A stretch of 64,000 bases of DNA from Acanthaster planci (GCF_001949145.1 NW_019091360.1:1210529-1274528), one strand, 5' to 3'. Positions 1-14,211 are shown, numbered from the stretch's first letter. The notes: generated from the sequence alone by a model not told the origin. Made by a program: numbers and translations.

Positions 1-1292
1 TTTGATGATGAAATGAAGTACATGTAATCTTACGCCAAAATTTATACTATATATATGGATGTTTAAAACGTCGCACAGAAAGCAAATTTATGTAAACAAG
101 TGGGAATTGATAATATGTATACAGAAAGGAGGTAAAGGGCTTCAGGACTTAAGCGTTCTTAAATGTCACAAGAGAAGAAATATAGGGCTTCTCAGACATC
201 AGAGAGTTCAAGCAGGAATTCGAGAACATTTTGTGACTTTGCCTGTGAGATGTCTTCCATGGTTTCCAATCCAGTAGGGGTAACGCAAGGAATACGAACG
301 AATAGTTTATGCGGTCAACAGCAAATTTCGTACAACTTGACGTCACAATTTCCCCTTCTCATTGGCGCATGGCTTTTGCGCCAAATATGAACTGGCCTTA
401 AAATCTGCAATGGCTTGACAAAGTGAGTGGCATTGATTTGCACACTAACCGTCCCACATGTTTATTTACCATCTCCCCACCCTTATGTTTTGGCTAGAAA
501 GTTTTGAGCCAATACCAAACCCCAACTCAAACTAAACACCACCACCAACAACTCAAAGGCGAAACATTTGTGATAAAAACATGGCCTTGGGACAATAATC
601 ACAGTGTGGTGATTTGTCTTCTCACTAAGTGTCACTGATCAAATCATCGATTATCTTGATCAATTTTGGATTAACGAATAAAGTGTAGTGGAATATTTTC
701 AGAAAGTAGGAAGAAAAAGATAAAAAAAATATCGAATTGATATCGAAATTTACCCACAATGCTCTGCGCATCGTTAGCTGTGACCCCGTGTGACGTATTT
801 CTTTCACTAAAATCTGTGCAAGGCCATCGGCCTTTCCCGGCGCCCAGCTGTTCGAGCGCCGGGCGACGAGCGAATCAAAGGAGCCACACTTGCTGGGAAA
901 ATGCACTCTCTCTTGGTCCTGCTCGGAGCCCTTGCATGCTGGCGCCACAGGCATGCAGAGCCTTGAACTGACAGTTTTACTTAATTGTACCATCGCCTCA
1001 GATTCGTGTCAAGGCAGCTTTTTGAAATGTTGTCACATGGTATGAGAGTTAAGCACGTGCAAAATTACCAAGCAACATCCACGCGAATCACTGAACCAGC
1101 TTTATTTATTGTGTAAAGCTGCCAGATCGAGGCCCTGTATGCCTATTGCGGGAGCATGCAAAGAGTGATGTCTGTGAGTGCAGTGGTCTCAAGCAAAGTC
1201 CCCTATACTGACTTCTTGAAAGCACGGAGGAAGGAATTGAAAGGTAGCTCCGACTAGAATGCTAGGTTTCAACAGAATGCTTGCTGTTCAGT

Positions 1293-1584
1293 GAGAGACT
1301 TTGGGCGTTTTCGAAACGAGTGGATGCGGCTAAGACTCCAGTTTGAATATGTGGTTTTGAACACTGCTTCAATATGGCTGAAACCTGCGAAACCAAAGTC
1401 TAAGCCGAATCCACTCGTTTCAAAAACGCTCTTTGAGACGCATGGTGGGGGCAAACAGACCGGTCCTTTTTCGCAGTTGTGCGCGTGCTCAGAACTAACG
1501 TGCATGCCTAGAACTGAACGCGCATGCCCACATCAACCAAAAGGACCGTTGTGTCTGCCGCCACCAAGCGTCTCAAAGTTTCCC
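1293..1584. mobile_element. Palindromic MITE (outer), interrupted in its left TIR by another MITE
   Basis: Left arm GAGAGACTTT+GAGACGCATGGTGGGGGCAAACAGACCGGTCCTTTT is an imperfect reverse complement of right arm AAAAGGACCGTTGTGTCTGCCGCCACCAAGCGTCTCAAAGTTTCCC; no coding capacity. Confidence 0.65.
1303..1431. mobile_element. MITE with ~35-bp TIRs and 3-bp TTT target duplication (Harbinger-like)
   Basis: GGGCGTTTTCGAAACGAGTGGATGCGGCTAAGACT ... AGTCTAAGCCGAATCCACTCGTTTCAAAAACGCTC; TTT at 1300-1302 and 1432-1434. Confidence 0.7.
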
Positions 1585-4116
1585 AAACAACGTTGGGGGG
1601 GGGGAACGATCTATAATTCGTACACTAAATCAATGAACTTTATCCTTGAGTCGGCCATGTTGAAATGGGAAGAAAAGTCAACTTTCCATTTTTGAACTTG
1701 AGTGCACCAGTGAATTTGTGATCAAGTTTCCTGACAAATTACTCTGAGGAACAGATTGAAATTTGTGATAAAAAGTACATAGACGTCAGTGTTTTTATAC
1801 AAGATTTACCCAAAAAGAAAGGAATTAGGGGAACCCACTAAAGTCCTAAAATAGTCTGATATCATTTTATACAACAATTAGCAATTTAGAGCAAAGATAT
1901 GAGGGACAAGATTATGAATGGCTCACTCAGGATTAACGTCCGTTCTATTGAACGTCCATTAACATGATTTTGTGTTGGTTGTACCGAAGGAACTCAAACG
2001 GTAAAGCGGCTGGCTTAAAGAATCTCCCCCGTTTTCAGATTGAAGCTTTGCTGATATCTATCGGTTCCTCTCAACCGTGTTTTCGACTGCCTTTAAAGGG
2101 TTCAAGTGATAAGGTTTTCTTAAAAAAACGCTTATTATGTAACTACATTTTCCTCATAGAAAAAATTTCTGAGACAGGTTGCTCGTTATCCCGTTGTCTT
2201 TGTTGAAATTAATCATCAAAGAAAAGGAAAGTTAAAAGAGCAACATTTCAAAGATCTAGCAGCTTTTGTGCACAAATCAATGAAATATAGAAGGTTTCTC
2301 TCTGGAATGACATTATACTTTATTCATAAATATGGAATTCGATTAAAATAAACTCTAAAAAGCACCAAACTATAAAAACTGACATTAAGATTCATTAAAT
2401 CACAAAGATGGACTTTTCAAGGGTTGCAGCAAAACATACGCACTGCAAAGATCTGTGCAATTTGTACTTTTAAGAAAACACGTTGCATAAACTGTGCATA
2501 AATTAATCATGGCAATAACTCGCGAGTGGTTTGTTAGCCCACGCCTAAGCAGTCCCGTGGCCTGGTCGCTTGCGTGCTCTCATCAGATGTAGGAAATGGA
2601 CCCTGGTGTTTCTGCTCCAGAGAGGCGCTAAATAATTATGACAACCAAATGGCAAACTGTCAGCTCTATATTTGCCGAACAGCTCGTGTATGATGCCGGC
2701 GATAGCTTGCGCTCTTTACACGTTGGTTGTCGTTTTAAAGGGACAGTTGACCATGCCTGGCCCAACTGGCTGCAATCCAGACGTGTCGCTTTTGGCCATG
2801 TATTTATTAATTTAGATCGTCTTACGTAGGGAAATCAGAACAATTTAAACCGTGAAACAGCTGTACACTCAGGAAATGGAATCTCCTCGAGAATGTTAAA
2901 TGTTTCGTATCAACCTCTGATTTATAAATCTTTCCCTCAAAAAGTATTTATTTCGGAAAAATGGCTCCATCTTGAAAGCTATGGGTGTCTCTAAAAGTCT
3001 GCTCATTCGCAAATCACGGCTCAGTGCTTGTAATATCATGTGAATATAGATCCTTTCTCCACACCCTTATTCAGCATGCTTCACACAGACTTGAAGTGTC
3101 GCTTGAGTGTCGGCCATTTTGTCCTCGCTTGCAGGAAGGTAGTGTCATGGTAGTACCGAACCGTGGTCCACGAGAGTGCAGTTACGCTTGATGTTGAACG
3201 ATAGGCTATCAATGATTCAGGTTAATTACTTGAGGTAATGCTTTGCGCAGATGTTTCTGAAGGCGAGTCATAAATGGGAAGGTCACACCATAAGTACGTG
3301 GTTGGGTGCTCTGCGGCCAACCGCGCGTGATGACGGATACCAACACCGCGTCAAGAGTCCCGCCAGCCTTAGGCCCTTTTGACTGAATTACTGGCGTGCA
3401 TAATAAAGACAAAACAGAAACCCAGCTTCTCTATAAATTAAGCATGGTTTATTTATTTACAGTGTGCTCATTTGACTCGAAAAACATCACTGGAACGTTA
3501 TCTCATCATTATTTTCGACTCTTTTGCCAATCAAAGAAAAATAAAGATCAAAGGGGTTAAAGAGTATCCCCAAGAGACTGGAAGAAATCTTCCGCACTGA
3601 TGGAAGAGCCTTTTTATTGAAACAATATGTTACGCATGGTGAGTAGTGCGTTATAACCAGAACAAAGGACGAGCGTTAAAAGTGAGCGTTAAAAGGTCTA
3701 TGTAATACATTTTTACTACGATCCTCGAATCTGCACATTGTGTGTCACTTTGCACAGCTTTTAATTTCAGTTTGCTATTTTTTAAGGTATTTTTTAGTAC
3801 TTTGACGATTTATTAATGTGAATTCCTTTGTCGATGAGAAAAACTGTGAGGTACTTCCACCTGGGAGAGAACCTCATTGTTTCAGGGATTTGCGCACAAT
3901 AATTGCTGGAATGTTTTATTTTTGCAGAGTGAAATTTCCTTTTGTTTGGGATATTTATTGTTTTTCTACACACTGCGATGACAAACAAGTGTCGCACATG
4001 TTTTTAAATGGGGACATTTTGGTGGTTGTTTGCAGATGTCTCATAAGTCATTAGATTGAATATAAACTGTGTAATCAGGATATGATGCCGTGTGTGGAGA
4101 CCCAAAGTTTTAACAG

Positions 4117-5965
4117 TTGAGGTCAGTCTTGTTACCACGAAATGCTTTTTGTTTTCTGTTCTGACAAGTATTGCTTGTCTCATACTGTTTCTCGTCCCAA
4201 GTAAATCACACGGTATATATTGCAAGAAACATCTTAATTTCGATCATGTGCTTGCTGCACAATGAATTTCAAAACAGATTTGAAAATTGAGAGCACCATT
4301 TGTAACAATCGCTGATGTTGGCCACGAACCATGCCGCACAATTCGTCATAACGTCTTTGCCAAAATCATAAGGGTCTCAAACTTATTTTGCATAATGGTA
4401 AAACTTAATGGACACAAAGTTGGAAAAATAAGAAATACCTTTTTATGAAATCAATTTGTAAGTTAAAACTAGAACAAAATTTAACCATGCACGTATAGTC
4501 GTGAATATTCAGTGTGCACGCATGTGAAACATGAAATATTTACTTTCATTTTTTTCTCCATTAGACTGCCGGTCGGATCATCATTTCACCGTTGACAAAC
4601 TAGAAACAGGACTTACGGATTGGACTCAGACTTGGCATAGACTTGACCTTCTGGACTCGAATTCGGACTGGACTCAGACAGAAATTGGCTCAGGCTTCAG
4701 TTGATATTGATCTGGTTTCTTTCCTCTCTCGCCAGGACCTATGGCAATGCATTTGAACCGGATAGCGAATACCACACATAGGCTAATCAGCTCGCGTCTG
4801 CATGAACATGCGATGGTGTCACAGGTGAGACTTTTCTTTTCAGGAAGGTAAAGATTACTAGCGAAATGAATTTTTCAGTTGTTATAAAGGAGATTGTTCA
4901 GTCATAATTTCTGCGTTACACTCATCAAATTAAAACAATCACCCTAAACATGTATACAAATGATATTAAACGGAGAAAAGGTGCCTAAATATGAAAGGGT
5001 CTACACAAACCAATTGGTCACTTATACGATTTCCATTGACTTTTCAGCCTCCTTGTAATGCAACGTGTAGATGGCTTCGTGAACAACAGAGGAGGAAAAA
5101 ACGTGTCTCAACTGTATGCAATTCGTACAGAAATTCGTCTGATGCGCGGGCGAACGATCTCAGTTACACCCTGACTCCTCAACTACTGCGTACTATGAAT
5201 CATTTCTTGGTGTCGGATTCGCACAGATTGATCTACTGTTACATCCCAAAGGTCGGGTGCACAAACTGGAAGCGCGTGCTTCTCGTACTCGGCGGCGCTA
5301 TAGGAGGAACAAACCAGTCCACACAGTCGGAAACGCACGTTATTGCACAGAAGCACATTCGAACGCTAGCCGGGTATTCACTGCAAGCGGCCAAAGAGCG
5401 TCTTGACAATTACACCACGTTCATGTTTGCACGGCACCCGTTCGAACGCATCCTGTCCGGCTACCGGGACAAGTTCTTGATGGACTATCCTGCCAGCACG
5501 AGCTTCAGGAGGAAGTACGGACCATTGATCTCGACATACGACGACCCAAGACATCGTCACCCTTCACGGCGATCCGACGGCACGCTGAACGTGTCTTTTG
5601 CACAGTTCGCCCGATACTTGGGTGATCCGGCCAACTCGTTCCGTGGCGACGATCCCACGGAACACTGGAACCAGATGTACCGCATATGTCACCCTTGTGC
5701 GGTTAGCTATGATATCGTCGGGAATTTCTCCACTTTGCACGAAGATGCCGATTTCCTCTTAAATCTCAAAGGCCTTGACACAAAAGTGTCATATCCAAAG
5801 TCAACCAACCCTACCAACAGCTCCGACGAGCAATACCTGGCAAGGTATTTTGCAAATCTGCTGCCAGGCGACATCAAGGCACTTCTCGACCGTTACCTCA
5901 TCGACTTTGAGCTGTTTGGCTACACATTGCCATCAGTCGTCCCTGCAAAGAATTCTCCACAATGA
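4117..5965 (+). CDS. CHST11-like: Carbohydrate sulfotransferase (Sulfotransfer_2 family, CHST11/13/14-like), paralog 1; 5' end uncertain
   Basis: Catalytic exon 5048-5965 (ttttcag acceptor, phase 0) with 5'-PSB YCYIPKVGCTNWKR, 3'-PB RHPFERILSGY, EHW...CHPC and C-terminal YLIDFELFGY. Middle exon 4736-4824 (cag/gtgaga, phase 1 to 0). Putative TM exon ~4117-4200/4212 (KCFLFSVLTSIACLILFLVP, phase-1 donor); no in-frame ATG found. Confidence 0.9.
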
Positions 5966-7580
5966 ATGGACGAATTGAAATGTTCACGAGGCATCTGTAG
6001 GAAGAACTATGCAGTCATGTTCTTATCCAAATCAATTTTCGTGCAATCATAACACGCAGTGCATGGCATTTGGACTACATGTAACACGTGTTTGAGTTAG
6101 ACATCACAATTTGTCGATCACTGTGGTTTGCAACCAACATCTATGCTTCCATTTGTATGTACAAGGTTGTTTAGAAGTCCGATATTTTTCAGCGTATATT
6201 TAGCACAATACTACAACCGTTTGTTAATTCTAGTGCAATCTAACCAACTTAAAAATAAATAAATAAAAAACAAAACAGTGCTTGCCAAAATATGCATTGG
6301 TACGTAGAAGTGAACAATTAATATTTGCGCAAAACTATCTAGTGGATGAAAAACATGTAACTTGTTTAAACTTGCCGCGGGACCCTTTGTACATTGGGAT
6401 ACATCCTCCATTTTTTCCCTCTTGTTCCGTCAGCACCAAGTACAATCAGTGACTCGGAGAGAGGGGGGACCCTCACACTTTGAGAAAATCTCGTTTCCCA
6501 AATAAGCTGAGAAATGAAATGTTTTTGGTTTGCTCGTTGGGTTTGATTTGCATGTTTCAGGCCAATTTGAAACTGTGCTTTGGAACATGGGTATACACTT
6601 GGTGCACCCGATCCGACTACCCACCGCTACTTGTAAGTGGGGCCTGTGCAGCTAAATAGCCATGCTCTAACTGTGGTGCTAATATATTATCGTATGATGC
6701 AATGCAGTATGCACACTTACAAGTGAGGCTTGTTCGAGCTTTCTGCTTCCAAATTTTTTTGACGCTGACTAGCCTCACTTATAAGTGTGCCAGTGTATTG
6801 CATCATACCATAATATATTACCATCACAGTTATAAGTAGCGGTGGGTACTGGGATCGAGTGCTTCTCTCCTCTTTCCAGAGGCACCGTGAAGACATTTTC
6901 ATCGGAAGTGGTTTGTCCGGTAATACAGCACTGTAAATTGTGAGATCATGAAAAATTGAAAATGTGGAGAAGAGGGAATTGAGCGTCTTTATTCACAGAC
7001 ACCGATGCTGTTATGGAAACTTGCATTTGCAGATTTCGCACGTGTGCGCAAAATGCTCCTGTGCCGTCATCGTCCATTGTGATACCTCTGACTTCAATAC
7101 TTTATTTTCACTGGCCTCGAACATGTCACCAAAATTGTCTGAGAACAAGTCGGAGAAATCTGATTAACCGACTCGACGTGACTTCGTATGCGTCGTTCGT
7201 AAAGACCAAAGTACTACAAAGTTTTCAAAGATATTAAATACACTTCAGAAACTGAAATCTGGTAAATGAGAAGCACGATTGGATGTGATCTTATTATAAT
7301 CTCCTTAGGCCTATATTTACAAAATGTGACTTTCGGGGATAATATATATATCATTTCCCTTGTGCTCCAAACCCAAAGCGTGTAAAAAGCTCCAAAATTA
7401 AAAATAATAAATAAACAAATAAAAATGAAATTCCCTATTTTTTGTCTTTCCCCCGAAACTTTTGTTCTGTTTCCGCCCTTAACCGAACTAGGAAGAGACT
7501 GCGTCCTTCATGTTTGATTTTAACAAATAACCAATGTGTGTTTCAGTTCGCACTTGGGTAGAGTTTGGAAGAGATATATT

Positions 7581-7762
7581 GGTGTGTATTTCCTGTCACG
7601 TCACGCTGCATATTTCAAGTGACATCTTAGCCCGACATGACATTGTGCATGCACTGTAATGGAGAGAGGTGACACATGAGGTCACTACTTGTTCGTCTCA
7701 TGAGGGGCGTCTAACCCTGCAAAAAAATCACCGGTATGTTGATGTTCACAGCGAGAAAGCCT
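7581..7762 (+). repeat. Diverged direct repeat, copy 1 (copy 2 at ~9822-9999)
   Basis: tcctgtcacgtcacgctgcatatt..gtgacatc..catgacattgtgcatgcact..tcactact recurs with substitutions at 9.8 kb. Confidence 0.6.
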
Positions 7763-9126
7763 GCATTTTGTGCACTGTATATTAATACCGTCAAATAACT
7801 GACATGGTTTTAAAGAGGACACTGCTTGATAGCGCCTTATTTTTCATCTCATTTGCTCTTACCAATTCTGAGATATCCTCTAGTAAACACAATCAAACTT
7901 GATTTAGTGCCTCTTTCTAGCCTAATCACCAGACCTCATTGAAAGATGAAAACACACTTCGGTTTTACAGGTTGACTTCAAAGAAGATGCTGACAGCGCT
8001 GTGCACTGAAACATGCAAAGGTTTAACTTTTTTCACTTGAAAATTGGTATAAATTGACGGTATTGTTGGCAATATTTAGGCTGTCTGCAGTTTGCCTGTT
8101 CACTCTCACGTCAGTCACACGGCAAACAGCAGTTTTTATGCTAAAGAGTTCAACTTCTTGGAATGGAGACTGCAGTGAAAGACACGAGCAACAGTTGTTC
8201 ATAAAACAGAAAAAGACAGCAAAAATGCTTCCTCCCTCTTTGCAGTTGACCTCTGTGTCCGAAATAGCTATTTTGATCAACTGAGTGTTGTGAAGTCAGG
8301 CGCGTGAGGAAAATGGACAGCACTGACGGGGCTTTGGGGCCTAGGGCTTGAATCTAACCAATCAACATTTTCAAAAGTTGCTTAGTGGTTTTGATGTTAT
8401 TCAAAATTATTTTAGACGGACACATTTTGGGGCACAAATGTAGAGTGTTTGCTTGTTAACAGCTGAAAAGTGGGGAGGGGGCTTGCCTGGCCATGGAAAT
8501 TTGAAAGGGGGGGGGTTGAACACCATATACACTATATAGGGGCGGTGTTAATGATAAAGATGTTCATCTGTAATGTGTATCAAATTCATGCACAATCGTA
8601 TATTAGAATGGTAACAATCGTATATCAGAATGGCATAGTTATGGCTTTCAAAAATTGCTTCCCTCTTTAGTGGTACGTGTATTGCAAACTTTCTGTCATT
8701 GGCAAATACTGTAAATTCTTCACAGTCCGCTTTAATGTTTATGCTCATCACAAAAAAAGTGTGTGTGGGGGGTAGGATGATTCAATATCCCAATCCTCTC
8801 CCCACAAAAATGTGGGAATATAATATTACACTCCCATTCGTTCCCCGGATTTACGCAGGGTTCGTGCAGGGTTTTGCGTTCAGGCTTGTATTCATGAGTT
8901 GGCGTTGGAATACCTTCGGAACAAAGACATGCAATGGGGGTTGCAATGATACACCAGTAATAATCATAAAGAAAGACACCCTCGACGCATCCATGCATCA
9001 CAGCGGTACCATAATCTGTACTAGGAACTAGTGCCTAGAGTGCTTATTGGACAATTCAGCCCCAAGTGATAACATCGTTTACATATTAATGAACTAGGAA
9101 GATAAGCCTGTCTTTTTAAGTGAAGG

Positions 9127-9324
9127 CAGTGGCGTAGCTGGGGGGGGGCACCCCCACAAATTCCCGTTGCACCCCCAGGTTCCCCCCCCCACTAAAAAAA
9201 CGGATGAATGGATATCGAACAAGGCTAACACAAGCTCGCTCCCCAGAAACTACACCATTGAAAGCTGGTGCCCCCCATAAGATGCTTACCCCCCCCCACT
9301 AGTAAAATCCTGGCTACGCCACTG
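9127..9324. mobile_element. hAT-type MITE
   Basis: 12-bp perfect TIR CAGTGGCGTAGC/GCTACGCCACTG and perfect 8-bp TSD AGTGAAGG (9119-9126, 9325-9332). Confidence 0.92.
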
Positions 9325-9821
9325 AGTGAAGGACAATTTGAAATTCTGCTGCGGATAGCAGCACCCTTGCTGTCTACTTTCAAGTAACATGAAAACTTTC
9401 ATCGGGGGTGGTTCGTCCAGTAAAAAAGTGCTGAAAATCATCGGGATGTGAGAAATTCAAAATGTGTAGGAGAGGGAACTGGGCAGCCTCACACACAATG
9501 TAGAAGCTTATCATTGTGGAAAGTTGCGTGTATAATCGGCGTTTGAAATCCCTTTGCTTCAAGTTTCCAAGTGTTTCGGCCTGACCTCTGACACCCCGTC
9601 GCTTCTCTATTTGTCGGTCCTTATGAGATGAGGTTCAAGCTCTCTTCTAGTTTCAAGGAGTTACAAAAAGTCGAAAAGTGCATTAAATAACAAAATCAGC
9701 CGAATGAATGCAGACGCAACACCAGAACCTCCTCCTTATTATCTGCCATTCTCTACTTGGAATACACACCACTGCATGCGTGTTTCATTTCGCATCTCGG
9801 CGGGTCTTGGGGGAGACAGGT

Positions 9822-9999
9822 TGATGTGTCCCTCCTGTCACGTCACACTGCATATTATATGTGACATCCTATAGCCTGGCATGATATTGTGGATGCACTT
9901 TAGACGACAGACGACTGAAATCACTACTAGTTCATATTCACAAGGGACTTCTCAACTACAAGAACATCAGTGGGGATGTTCATAGTGGGAAATCCCGCG
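9822..9999 (+). repeat. Diverged direct repeat, copy 2
   Basis: tcctgtcacgtcacactgcatatt..gtgacatc..catgatattgtggatgcact..tcactact matches 7581-7762. Confidence 0.6.
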
Positions 10000-10074
10000 G
10001 AGAGGCTTTTGCATATACATGCACACGTACAGAGATAGCGCGAGCAGTACTCACTCTCCAGGTTTTTCCGATTG

Positions 10075-10320
10075 TCTTTTCTCCTTGCCAGCTCCCCTGA
10101 CTAATTTTCTTTCCTTACTCATTCCTCGTAACTTACTCTCCTGACGCAGCTGCCTTTCCTATAGTCCTTTCTCATTACTCAGAGTAATTTGTTCTCCTTA
10201 CTCATTCTTCTTATATCTTCACTCGACTCAGTTACTTTTCCTAGTCATTCTTCATTCCCTACTCTCGTAAGTAAAATGTTTTCCTTACTTATTCCTATCC
10301 TCGTTACTTTGTACTCCACT
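10075..10320. repeat. Degenerate pyrimidine-rich tandem repeat (ccttactcattcct-like units)
   Basis: Repeated ttccttactcattcct / ttactc motifs. Confidence 0.5.
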
Positions 10321-12139
10321 GACCTGAAATCTTAATGTTATGTCAAATTTTCATTCGGATAAGGTCGGGTATTCAATTATTCACAATGGCTCATCTTTCG
10401 TGTTTGTACAGTTAAAGTCTAACTCAGTCGTGGGTTCTGCGGTCACGCTATACAGCAACTGCATGGGTCATTGCCTGCCCTAAAGCACCAACATCCACAT
10501 TCACTAATTTGTGGTTGAACACCCCGGCCTCTTGACACCAGAAGGCGCGACCAGAGGTGTTAAATTATTCTCCGGGGCCGACAGTGTTGCTGAGCGTGGC
10601 TAGTATATGACTACTTCCTTGAGAACATGGCAAATCAATCCTCCAGTTATGAGCCATTTACTGATGAGCTTTTTGCATGTTTTGACATCTTGTAGACGGT
10701 CGTCTCTCTTTTGGAAAAAAAAGTAGAAAGGAAAAATCAAGGGTCAAATTAAACACTTTACTGGGTCAATCACACAGATTTCAGTCACTGAACTTTGCCG
10801 AAATTGTTTACTCATGTAAAAACATTAATGACCCGAACTGTAATGTTTAGGATCATTCCATTTGCCAGTTAACTGATGTGTACTGTAATTTTTAGCCTGT
10901 ATGTCTGGTTATGTCAGACGAAGATGATTTTTATCTCATAATAAAACTCCTAGCCTAAAAAATTGCATTGTTTGCAAATTTAAACAAGTCAAAATTAAAT
11001 TTAAGCATAATGTCGTGCAAAACAATCTATGACCTTTGACTTCTTTTAGAAGAAAATGCCTGCAAAAATCCAAAGAGTACTCCAGTGTTCGCAAAACACG
11101 AATATGGGACATCATGGCGAGTAATCCGTCGTTGGTTCACTGACACCAGAACCCGCTTAATTCATACGTGAAAACAAACAGGCCCCAGATGATTAAAATG
11201 CATACACGAGTGTATTGCATGTACATATACATGTACCTGTATATATTTACAATCATGTGTAGTTTACATGTTCATTAGCTGGTCGGATGAGGAAAAGAAA
11301 CGGGCCACGCCCTTAGGACGTTTTTAAATACATGGTAAAGAGAAAAGACTATTTTTGGGCCTTCATTTTCTTTCCAGATCATGTAAACAAAACTGCAAAT
11401 CAATCTTCGCCTTCCAGGGAGGACATAGAAGGTTGCATACAGAAATTCCCACATCCCCTTCCCGAAAATACGTGCCCCCGCCCCAAAGAACTTAGTTCTA
11501 GATCTGGCCTTGAATAAATTTGCGACCCATTTTATGTTAGAGTTAGACAACTTTTAAAGTTATGAATGTCAAGCTTAGTTATTGTGAGTAAATTGGGAGA
11601 TTACTCTCCAAGAACTACAAACCGTGTTTGGTACATCACAGTCCTATTCAGCTTGGTTTAGCCCACAAACCTTTGCGTTTCCGTAATCACTCACAGCATT
11701 GGGCCAAGCTGTCGGACTATTACTTGAGGTCAGAATGCTCGAGGAAACTTTTCATCTAGCGGATATGACTCATCATTGACTAAACGCTGCATCCTAGGCA
11801 GCCGCCATTTGGGTGACTTCGGTTCTTGAAACATAGGGTTCGTTGTAGGCATTCTCTTAGGCCTATACATTCTAGTAAATTAGCATAGTAATGGCTAAAA
11901 AATCAGCAAACAATGCAACACGAGCACAAACTGACGTGTAATCGCTGGACTCGGGTCTGTTACGGGCTACGTGTTAAATTCTGGGTGAATTGATACGGCA
12001 CGATTTCCAACCCCTCGGTTTGGTCATTTATTTTGACTGAACTCTACTTGTGGCGCAGCAAAATTTCCAGGCATTATTGTCTGACAAAATGGATTTTTTT
12101 TAATGAAAGTATAGTATCGACTTAAAGCAAGAAGGGTCA

Positions 12140-14211
12140 ATGGTTTGCCAGCCGACGAGGCGGTTAAGCAGAATGGTCAATAACAAACGAATATTCGTCT
12201 GCTGCTTGTGCCTGGCGCTAGTTGCTGTTGCGCTCTTCATCATGCAGCCGTATGACAGCTACTACGCTTACTCAGGTACGTGCAAATTTGAGTTTTCCCA
12301 AGTTGGCGACAATTTTGACAGTTCTTCCATTGGGAACGTTTCTATGGAGTCCATAGTGCCTATAGATCTTGTTTGGACCATGAGTATGCGTGCTGTGTTT
12401 ATTGTGTGTCTGGCATCTGTGGTTTTTTCACGCTTCAGTTTGACGAATTTTGTTCCATGTTACAGGACGATTCGGCAGTCTAGGAAAGGGCACGAATAGA
12501 GATACATTTGACTTCATGAGCCGTAGACAACTTTTCAGCGTTGGTGTGAGTACGGTAGAGAACTATTTTTGTGTAAACTGTGGAGAAATATGGATGGACA
12601 GGATGCAGCGTATTAGTAAAAAGCTTATACTTTTTATTGGTCATTATTGGTTCAGGAAAGGGCTACTCTTCCATTACTCAATCTAAACAAGTTTCCACTC
12701 TTTAATAAATCCTAAAACAATTGTGACGAATCGTCTGTTTTCATCAAGCGAATGGTTCAGGTCTAGTCCCCTTCTCACCGCATTAACCTTTTGGGGACTC
12801 AAAGGAGCATCGAGCTGTTTTGCACATTTGAGGGCGGTGTCCCCAAGTTATCGCTATGGCGTGGAATAACACGCGGCTGCTTGGGGTAGCATGCAATTTC
12901 CCATACGTGCGTAAATTCTCTGCCGGGCCTCTATTCAGCATTTTGGGACGTGCAAAACATTCAATCCCACATAATAGGATGAGAGAGCGCCAAGATCTGT
13001 ACTGTTCGATCCATGGGCACGAGGTTGACCCAGGTCATAATCCCCATCACATACATATCCAAAAGAGAGTTCATAGAAATTGCACGTTAAAGCTCTATTT
13101 TAAGAAGGGTGGCGTGTTCCACCTTTACAAACCAGACTAACACCAACTCAACTTACTGTTGTTTTGCTTCACACAACTCACAAAGCCCACTGCAACATGA
13201 CAGGCATATCATACAGCCGTGACAGCAGCAAATATGGCTAACACCGCATTTGAATGCTCTTTGAATCTATTCCCACAGCTGTCAGGATCCAATCGTTCTA
13301 AAACCTGGGAAGACGAGCAGGCATTCCGTAAGAAACTCGTATCAGACACTTGCCAGGCCGTTCGCAAGCGATCCAAAGGTATCTACCCTAGACTGGTATA
13401 CAATTTGACCAAGGCACACGATGATCATCTGCTCAAGTTCTTGTTAGTTGTTGATTCCCTGAAGACGGTCTACTGTTATGTCCCAAAGGTCGGCACGACT
13501 AGCTGGAAGCGGTTGGTTCTTTTCCTCGAGGGGAAAGTCAACTCGACGGACGAAGTGGGCCAAAAGAAGACGCACAACTTAACAAACATTTTCATCCGTA
13601 ACCTCAACTCCTTTACGTTGGAAGAGGTCACGAAGGTCTTGGCTTCTTACAAGAAGTTTCTTTTCGTCCGAAACCCCTTTGAGAGGATCCTGTCGGCATA
13701 CCAGGATAAGTTCCAGAACGACTATCCAGCCAGCACGGTGTTCCGTAGGATATGGAGCGAGCGCATCATTCGGTACAGCAGCAGCGATCAAACCGAGGCG
13801 CTGCCTGGAGGCAAACGGAGATCGGACGGCACGCTGAACGTCTCGTTCCCCGAGTTCGCTCGATTCGTTGGCGAGTCCTTGGACTCAGGCGTCCACAATA
13901 GTCGCAACGAGCACTGGATGGAGGTATATAGGCTGTGCCACCCGTGCGCCATCGAATACGACTGGATCGGTCACTACGAATCCATGCAGACGGACGCTAA
14001 CAAGATACTACGTGCCGTTGGCGTGGATCCCGCGGTCAAGTTCCCAAACTTCACCACTAACCCAACGGATAGCTCAAGTTACAGCACACTGCAGCGATAC
14101 TATTCGCAGCTGTCTACAGACGACATTGTTGCCGTTTACAAAAAGTACTTTCTGGATTTTTTCATGTTCGGCTATGACATACCGTCGCCAATCAAGTTGA
14201 TTATGGATTGA
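12140..14211 (+). CDS. CHST11-like: Carbohydrate sulfotransferase (CHST11/13/14-like), paralog 2, ~382 aa
   Basis: Exons 12140(or 12173)-12275 (type II TM anchor IFVCCLCLALVAVALFIM; cag/gtacgt, phase 1), 12466-12545 (tacag/gtgagt, phase 0) and 13279-14211 (cacag acceptor). Motifs YCYVPKVGTTSWKR, RNPFERILSAY, EHW..CHPC, YFLDFFMFGY. Phases are consistent. Confidence 0.93.

Noticed and set aside
901..966. Signal-peptide-like MHSLLVLLGALACW as first exon of CHST paralog 1
   Set aside because: No GT donor in a compatible phase; a better TM exon exists at ~4117-4212.
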